NCBI GenBank assembly: GCA_004431415.1 | Contig: QPMI01000291.1 | Coordinates: 12,853-76,852 of the forward strand | Length of the DNA stretch: 64,000 bases | DNA from: Cyanophora paradoxa CCMP329 | Taxonomy: Eukaryota; Plantae; Glaucophyta | Direction: 5' to 3' | Part shown: positions 56,640-64,000 of the stretch, piece by piece | How the letters are laid out: each line of letters opens with the position of its first letter | Position numbering within the stretch: position 1 is the stretch's first letter | The notes under the pieces: generated by a model | What the model was told of the DNA's origin: nothing | Database searches by the model: none | The model's input: only the letters and a program-made list of their open reading frames with translations | Program-made: the position numbers and the translations under genes

Positions 56640-58509
56640 GACGCGGGCGGCGGGCAGGGCCCTCGCGACGCCCTCCTCCGCCGCCCGCCCGAACGCCTCG
56701 TACCCGCTGACCTCCCCCTCCTCCGTGTTCGTTGTGGGGTCCACCAGCCGGACCTGCGCGAGCCGCCCTCATCAGGCCCAGAAATCTGAAGAAGTCTTGA
56801 ACAGAAGAGAAGAAGCTGCCTCGAGGTCCTCCGTGTAGCAGTTGGAGAAGACGCCCAAGTCGCGAAGGCGGTCGTTGGCCGCGGAGTAGGCGTGGACCAA
56901 GACGGAGAGGGCGAGCGCCCGGGGCGGGGCGGCGGCGAGGGCGGCGGCCGCCTCGGCGGGCGCGGGGCGGCCCGGGGCGATGTCGAGGCGGAGCTCGAGG
57001 TCCAGTCGGCCCCCCGCGGCCGCCCGCGCGAGGGCCGCCAGCTCCGGGAGCTCGGCGGACGACGGCTGCGAATCTGAGGCGGCGCGCTCGGAATTGCAGC
57101 GGCCAGGACGCGGGGAGAGGGGGAGAGGGGTACGGAGGTAGAGGCGCAGGGCGAGCTTCGGTGAGCGCTCGAGGGCCGTCCTCAGGCCGGCCAGGTGGCC
57201 GCCCAGGTCGACGGGGTACAGCTGGAGCGGCCCGAAGCTCCGGAGGGCGGGGCAGGCCCCCAGCCCCGCCAGCAGCTCATCCCCGGAAACGCCGCGCTGC
57301 ACCTGCGCGCGCCTCGGCGGTTCGAATCCGGCCGGTGCCAAAAGAGGAGAGGTGGTACCGTGAAGGGCCCGCTCAGGCGCTCGAGGGCGGCGAGCTTCGG
57401 CAGGGCGCGCAGGGCCTCGCTCGAGAGCTCCGCGCTGCAGTGCAGCCTGCGAATTCAAATTTTGAATTCAGTTTGAATTCAAAAAGAGGTCAAAGCTTAA
57501 GGACGCACTCGCGGAGGGAGCGGGCGGCGGGCCCGGCGGCGAGGGCGGCCAGGAGCGGCGTGGCGTCCTGTGCGCCGCACCGGACCTCCAGGCGCCCCAG
57601 CGAGCCGAGGGAGGCGAGGGGCTCGGCCGCCTCGTAGTCCCACACGTTCATCCGCAGCTGCGCGCCGGCGCGTTCACGATCAGAGATACACGGAGAAGTT
57701 TGCAGGCTGACCTGCTTGAGCCGCGGAAGGCATCGGACGAGGACGGCGGCGGGCTGGGGGCTGCCGGAGCAGCTGCAGCAGGCGGGGAGCTCCAGCCTCT
57801 CCAAGTTGGGGAAGGGGCGCAGGATGCCCTCCAGCTCGGCGCCGGCGGGCAGCCGCTGGCACTCGAAGGAGAGATCACCTCGGAACACGATGCTGCGGAG
57901 GGCGCCGCCCGACGCCGGCGCCGGCGCCGGCGCGCCGCCCGCGGCCGACGCCGGCGGGGCCAGGGCGCGTAGCAGCTCGCCGAGGCACGAGCGCGAGGAG
58001 CGGCTGCAGTACAGGTCGACTTCGCTGAGGCCGCCGCTCGCCGACGCGCACGCGGAGACGAGGGCGAGGGCGGCGCCCCAGGGCGTCCCCGGCTGGCTCC
58101 GCAGGTACCGCCGGGCGGGGTCGCCCTTGTGCTCCAGGCGCAGCGAAGCGCCTGCGCCGATGCGGATCCATCGCCGAACCGAGCCCGCGCCCCCGCCCTG
58201 AGCCGCAGCCTCAGCGGGACCTCCTATCATCACTGCCGCGAGCTGATCCACGCGCTCCTGGCGCGGCACGACGAGGTGCACGCTGCTCCATTGCACCGAC
58301 TCGATCGCCTGGCGCCACCGGCGGCACACGGCGCGTGCCGCTGCCGCCTCCAGAAGGCCGAGCCGCTCGAAGATCAGGCCGAGGACCGCGTCCGGCAGCT
58401 GAAGTCCGTCCGCCGAGTCCGCGCTGGTGAAGCTCGTGCTTGCTTGTCTGTTCGCATCAATACCCTTAGGCCTGTCCGCCCTTGTGTGCGTCCCGCTCCT
58501 GCCTCCCAT
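56640..58509 (-). CDS. Host F-box/LRR-like protein, multi-exon, last exon interrupted by the viral insertion
   Basis: F-box motif LQLPDAVLGLIFERL...ARAVCRRWR; LRR-like FPNLERLEL, LPRLKQVSL, CPALRSF; exon starting at 56753 runs in frame into the TSD. Start Met at 58509 is a guess. Confidence 0.75.
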
Positions 58510-58650
58510 CAGAATTTGCACTTCGTTCGCAATTTCGAATTCGCGCAGTATCCCCCCGCGGCGCCGGCGGCCGGCCGGCCGAGCGCTCCCGTGGGCGTCG
58601 ACGTCGTCGACGCTCGCAGATCGGAGTCGTTCCAGGCGCGCGATGGTGCG

Positions 58651-61600
58651 ATGGACGTCAAGGCGCTCCACAACTCGTTCCTGAGCCGGCACCGCGCCGA
58701 GCTCCAGAGGGCGGCTGCGGCGCATTTGTCCACATTCAGCCAGGATAACGGACGCCACGAGCGCAAGGCGGGTGACGCCACGCCCAGGGCGCGCTTCGGC
58801 GCTGTCGCGGCCTTGGAGCGCCTGCAGCGCGTCAGTCTCTGCGACCTGCGGCCCGGGACCGCGGTGGGAAGCTTCATCCGCGGTCGTCTCGTTGTCGAGC
58901 CTTTCATCCAGGCGCGCGCGCTCCAGCTCACAGCCCGAGCGCTTTCAAATTCGAGTTCGATCTCACGCGCCGCTGCAGGCCGGGCTCGTGACGGTTTTCG
59001 AGGACGCGGAGACTGGCGAGTGCCAGCGTCTCTCCGTGTACAACGCGGGGCGGGCGGCGGCCGCGGACCAGGGGCAGCCTCGCGCGGACGCGGGCGAGCA
59101 GTACCACTGCCTCCTGCGGGCCTTCGCCGAGGGGCGCGAGATCGCCGTCCGCGAGCCTTTCCTTAAGGTGCAAAGGCCTCCCGGCTCCGTCCCGTCCTGC
59201 CGCGCGCGCGCGCTGACGCGTACGGTTTGATCTTCGCCGCTGCCGCCGCAGACGGCAAGCGACGGGCTCCCGCTCATCCGCGTGGACTCGCCGTCCGATG
59301 TCGTCTTCCTCGCAAGCAATGCGCCATCGCCGGCGCCTCGCTCGGACGGCGCCGCGGCCGCCGGTGCCAGTTGCGGCGGCGGCGCTGCGCAGGGCCCGAG
59401 CAGCAAGGGCGGGAGGGGGAAGAAGCCGTCGGCGCCGAGGGGGGCCGACCCGGAGACGGCGGAGGGCCTGAACGAGGCGGCGGGGCGGGCCTACGCGCGG
59501 GACGACTGGCCCGAGGCCGAGCGCCTCTACGGTCTCGCCATGGCCCGCGATCCGGCCTCGCCCAAGTACCCCTCCAACAGGCGCGCGCACCCGTACCGTT
59601 TCCACCGCGATCTCGATGCCGCCGGCGCCGGCGCCGGCGCCGCCGCTGATTGATGCATGAGCAGGGCGGCAGCGCGGCTGAAGATGGGGAGGTACGCAGA
59701 AGCGTTCGCGGACGCTTCGAAGGCCGCGAAGCTCGACCCCCGCTGGCACCGGCCGGTCCTCCGCAGGGGTGCGCCACGCCGGGCCGCCTACCCATCCCCC
59801 CTGGGCGCCCCCGCCCCCGCCCCCGCCGATCTCGCACCGCCGCAGCCGAGGCGCTGCGCGGCCAGAAGCTGCACGACCAGGCTGTACCCCTCTACGAGAA
59901 AGCGCTGTTCCTCCTCCCCAACAACGCCGCCGGCGCCTCGTGCGTACCCCTCTCTCCCCTTCCCCCCGTTCCCCTACCCCCCCGCCCCCCCGCTCCTCCC
60001 TCCCATCTCCCCTACCTCCCCCCCCGCTCCTCCCTCCCCCCCGCCCTTCCCCCCCCCCTCCCTCCCCTCCTCACCCCGCCCTTCCCCTATCTCTCCCCCC
60101 CCTCGCTTTCCCCCCTCCCCCGTCAGCCCCTCCCCCGGCCGGCCCCTCCCCCTCCCCCCCGCCCCTCCCCTCCCCTCCCCCTCCTTCCCGCCAGCCCCTC
60201 CCCCGGCCGGTCCCCCCCCCCCCCCCCCCCCCGCCCCTCTTCTCCTCCGCCTCCCCCCCTTCCCCTCCTCCCTTTCCTATATTCGGCCTGGCACAGGGGC
60301 CCAGAGCTCACGCCCGCCGCAGGGAGGCGTCGCTGGCGGCGGACCGCGCGGAGGCCGAGAAGGGCCTCCACGCCTGCCGCGCCGCCCTCTCCCGCGCCGT
60401 GCGCCCCCGCCGCCGATCCCCGCCACGGGCGCCGGCGCTGACGAGGACGCTGCCCCGCAGGCGGTGCGGATGCAGGACTCGGAGGGCTCCCTGCAGCGCG
60501 TGGCGCGGCGCCGCGCCGCCGACTTCGCCGCCCGCTTGCCCGCGATCACGAGGCGGGGGCTGCCCCGCCCGCCCGCCCGCTCCGCCCGCCCCCCCGCGCC
60601 GCTCCTGACGGGCGGACGTGGCCAGGGCGCTGGAGGAGGGCACGGCGGAGCAGCGGCGGCTCTTCGAGCTGGTGCGGGAGTCCGAGGCGGAGCTGCTGAG
60701 GTCGCGGGCGGCGCGGGACGCGGGCGACATCGCCCGCCAGCTCGTCATCCTCCGCAGGGCCGCCGGGGCGCGCCCGCCCGCCCGCCGTCGATCCCGAAGC
60801 TGAAGAAACGAGCTGAGCGAGCGCAGGCGGGGAGCGCGGCGGCGATGAACGAGCTGTGGGTGACGCTCAGCGGGGGCCAGGGCGCCGCGCCGGGCACCCC
60901 GCTCGACTTCGAGGAGGCCCACCGCTGGCTCCGGGCCCGCCCTCCGCTTACGTACGGGCCCAGCGCTCACTCGAGCTGATCCCCGCTTCCCACAGGAAGC
61001 GGTGGAGAAGCCGGTCTGGGTCGTACCCGGCCTCATGTCGAACCCCGGCGTGGCCGAGGCGCTCAACGCGACGGGCGTGAGCCTGCGCGACGGCATCGGC
61101 CGCCCCGCCGACCCCGCCGCCGCCGCCGCCTGGTTCCGCCGCGCCGCCGAGACCGGTCCGACCCTCCTCCTCCTCCATTCCCCCCTTGTTTCTCTCATCC
61201 GCTTCGTGCAGGGACGGGCGACCCGGGCCACCTCTGCGCCCTCTGCAACATCGGCTTCGCGCTCTCCAACGGCGTCGGCGGTGCGCCGCCCGCTTTCCCC
61301 CCACAGCAGCGGCGAAGCTCTAAGCTTAAGCACCCTCTCAGTTGCGAAGGACCCCGCGGAGGCGGCCCGCTTCCTCCGCATCGGCGCCGAGGAGTGGGAG
61401 TACGCCCCGGCCCAGGCGCGCCCGCCCCGCTCGCGATCGCGCCTCGGCCTCTGTCCGCGGCCGACCTTGAATCCGGATCGTCGAAGATGGGGCTCGGCGA
61501 CCTCTACGCGCAAGGAGCGGGCGTCCCGCAGGACTGGGCCCGCGCCAGGCAAGTCTCCTACCCCTCTTAACTTCTGGAAGCTTCGTCTCTTGCTGCTGAA

Positions 61601-64000
61601 TTCTATCATTAGGGCGCTGTACGAGGCGGCGGGGGCGCAGGGCCTGCCCCTGGCGCACGCGCGGCTGGCGGGGCTCGAGCGGGAGCCGCGGGCGGCCTTC
61701 GCGGCGCGGCTCGCGGCGGCCGAGGGGGCCTGCCCGAGGCCATGCGCGCCGTCGCCGCCGCCTACCTCGTCCGCCCTCCTATCTATCTTTCCTTGTCCTC
61801 TTCCTCTCCGCTTTGGGCTGAGGTGGGGTGGGGCGGCAGACCGGCAAGGACGGAGCGCCTGCGCAGGACGAGGCGGCGGGGCGCGCATGGCTCGAGCGCG
61901 CCGCCTCGCTGGTCCGTCCGCCCTCTTGCCTTTGGTTTGGCCCGTGGGCCTCGGCCGACCTTGCCGCGGCCGGCAGAGCTGCCCGGAGGCGCAGCTGTCG
62001 CTGGCGCGGCTCGTGCTGTCGGACGCGGCGGAGGCGCGGGATGGGGCCAAGGCCGCGGCGCTGTCCCGGCGCGCCGCCGAGCTGCTCCGTCGGGCGGCCC
62101 AGCGAGGTCCCGCCCTGCCCCGCCCGGCCCGTCTGGCGAACGAACTCGCTCGCGTTGACGGACCAGATCGGACCGGGCCGCAGACTGCCCCGCGGCCTGC
62201 TACGAGTACGGCATGGCGCTGGCGGCCGGGACGGGCGTCCCCGCGGTGCGAAGGCGGCCGCGCGCGGTTCCCCTAAGCTCAAGACCGCCGCGCGCATGCG
62301 CAGGACCGGCAAATGGCGCTGCGCTGGCTGAAGCGGGCGCGGAAGCTGGGCAGCCGCGAGGCGGCGGCGGTGCTGGAGGACGGCACGTGGGCCGCCGCCG
62401 AGGACAAGCACGACGAGGACGACGAGGGCGAGCGGGGCGGGCGCGAGGGGAGGCGGAGGCGCAAGGCCAAGCCGCGCGGGGCGGGCGAGTCGCTGCGGGC
62501 CTGGGAGGTGGCCAAGCCGGAGAAGGCCGCCCCCGCGGGGGCCTCCCTCCACGAGCGCATCCTCAAGCGAGCCGCCCCGCCCCGCCCGCCCGGCCGGCCG
62601 GCCGGCCGGCCGCCCCGCCCCGCCGCTCACGGTCGAGCAGGATGTCCCTCGACCAGATCGACGGGGCGGTGCGGGACCCGGAGCGCGCCGACGCGATGAA
62701 GGTGTGTGCCGCGCGCGCGGCGGGCGGGCGGGCGCGAGCAGGTCGGGCGTGGCCACGGCTAGGCTGAGGGCGTGCACGTCGTCGGGCGCAGCGGGGGCGG
62801 CGGCGATGGCGGCGGTGGCGACGCGGGGCCCGCCGCCCTCTTCCACGAGGTCGCCCTCTCCGACGAGGACGGGTCGGACATCGACCCCTACAACCTGCCC
62901 GGCCTCGAGCGGCGCGTCTGTGCCCTTCTGGCCGTGGCCGTGGCCGTGGCCGACTCCGCGCGCAGGCGCGGCGGCGGGGTCGCGGGCGGCGGCGCGGCTG
63001 GCGCGGGCGCGGCGGCCGCGGGACCGCGGGATAGCGCTGCTGACGCGGGCGACGAGCGAGGCGGAGGCGCGGCAGGGCGTGCGGCTGCTGGCCGAGGCCG
63101 CCCGCCTCGACGAGAAGGCCTGTGAGGGGCGCGGAGGGGCGCGCCCGTGATTTGATCACGAATCCGATCGCGGCTCTGACCGCGGGCGCCCCGCGCGCCG
63201 GCCACGGCAGGTGGTGACTCTGCCGGCGTGCCTCTTCCCCGTCCTACAGGCGCGCCCGCCACACTGCCGACCCGATGTCTACTCTTCCGAGTCCAACTTT
63301 TCCACTTTCCAGGTCCTCGTGGACCAGGAGCTGGAGGCCGACCCGGACAGCGTCCCCCTCCGCATGGTCCGTCTTCTCTTTCTAGCTGCCGCCCCTTCTT
63401 CCCCGCGCGGACTGAATCTGCGGCGGCGGCGGCAGCTGGAGATCGTGCTGCGGCTGCGGGAGCGGACGCCGGCCGAGTCGGCCCGCGTCGCCGTGCAGCT
63501 GGCGCGGGGCCCCGGCGCCGGCGACCCGCACGCGCTCCTCACCTGCGCCGCCCTCCGCTTCGCGGCCGACGACGCGGCCGGCGCGCTGGCGGAGGCGGAG
63601 CGGGCGGCGGCGGCGGTGCGGGCGGGCGGCGGGCGGGCCTCTGGGACGAGGAGCTGCCCGCCCGCCGAGACGCTGTACCACCTGGGGGCGGCCCGGCACG
63701 CCGCGGCGGCGCCGGACGACGAGGCGGAGCAGCGGCGCGCGCTCGCCGACCTGCGCGCCTTCGCCGCCGCCGCCGCCCCGACGAGCGCCTCGTCTGCATG
63801 GCCCACTACAAGGCCCGCCCCGGCGCCCGGCGCCCCGCCCCGCGCCCTGCGCCCTCCAAGGCGGTCTTCCGAAGTTCTGAGGGGCGCGCAGGCGGGCTGG
63901 ATCCTGCTGGGGGCTCTGGGGACGGAGAGAGGGCGGCCGGCGAGCTGGCGCGGGGCCGGGCCGCCGAGGCCCGCCGCCTCCCCGCCTTCAGCTTCGGCCC
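58651..64000 (+). CDS. TPR- and SEL1-repeat protein, multi-exon; may continue past the window end or comprise two genes
   Basis: N-terminal domain RLSVYN...EIAVREPFLK...IRVDSPSDVVFL; TPR-like AGRAYARDDWPEAERLYGLA...YPSNRAAARLKMGRYAEAFADA; SEL1-like GVSLRDGIGRPADPAAAAAWFRRAAE. Confidence 0.7.

Overview
Eukaryotic genomic DNA, very GC-rich, with many short spliceosomal introns (GT and frequent GC donors). A Phe-initial 'MAFV' plastid transit peptide and an epiplastin-like VPV protein suggest a glaucophyte such as Cyanophora (inference). The main feature is a complete, AT-rich, intron-free 11,471-bp endogenous Polinton-like virus (45169-56639). It has AG...CT ends, 269-bp terminal inverted repeats and a 6-bp target-site duplication (GACGCG). 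It encodes an A32 packaging ATPase, double-jelly-roll major and penton-type minor capsid proteins, an rve integrase with a D-D-D triad, and a 1426-aa fusion protein (putative OTU-like protease + divergent family-B polymerase core + SF1 helicase + HNH nuclease). It is inserted in the last coding exon of a host F-box gene. Also present are a non-autonomous Helitron-like element with an inverted, circularly permuted second copy, and host genes: epiplastin-like protein with a dehydrin-K-like tail, a Ser-Pro-rich membrane protein, a giant Kelch/FN3 secreted protein, transportin-1, carnosine N-methyltransferase, a coiled-coil protein, a choline transporter-like protein, a plastid FNT/NAR1 channel and a TPR/SEL1 protein. 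Host gene coordinates span introns and were spliced by eye.
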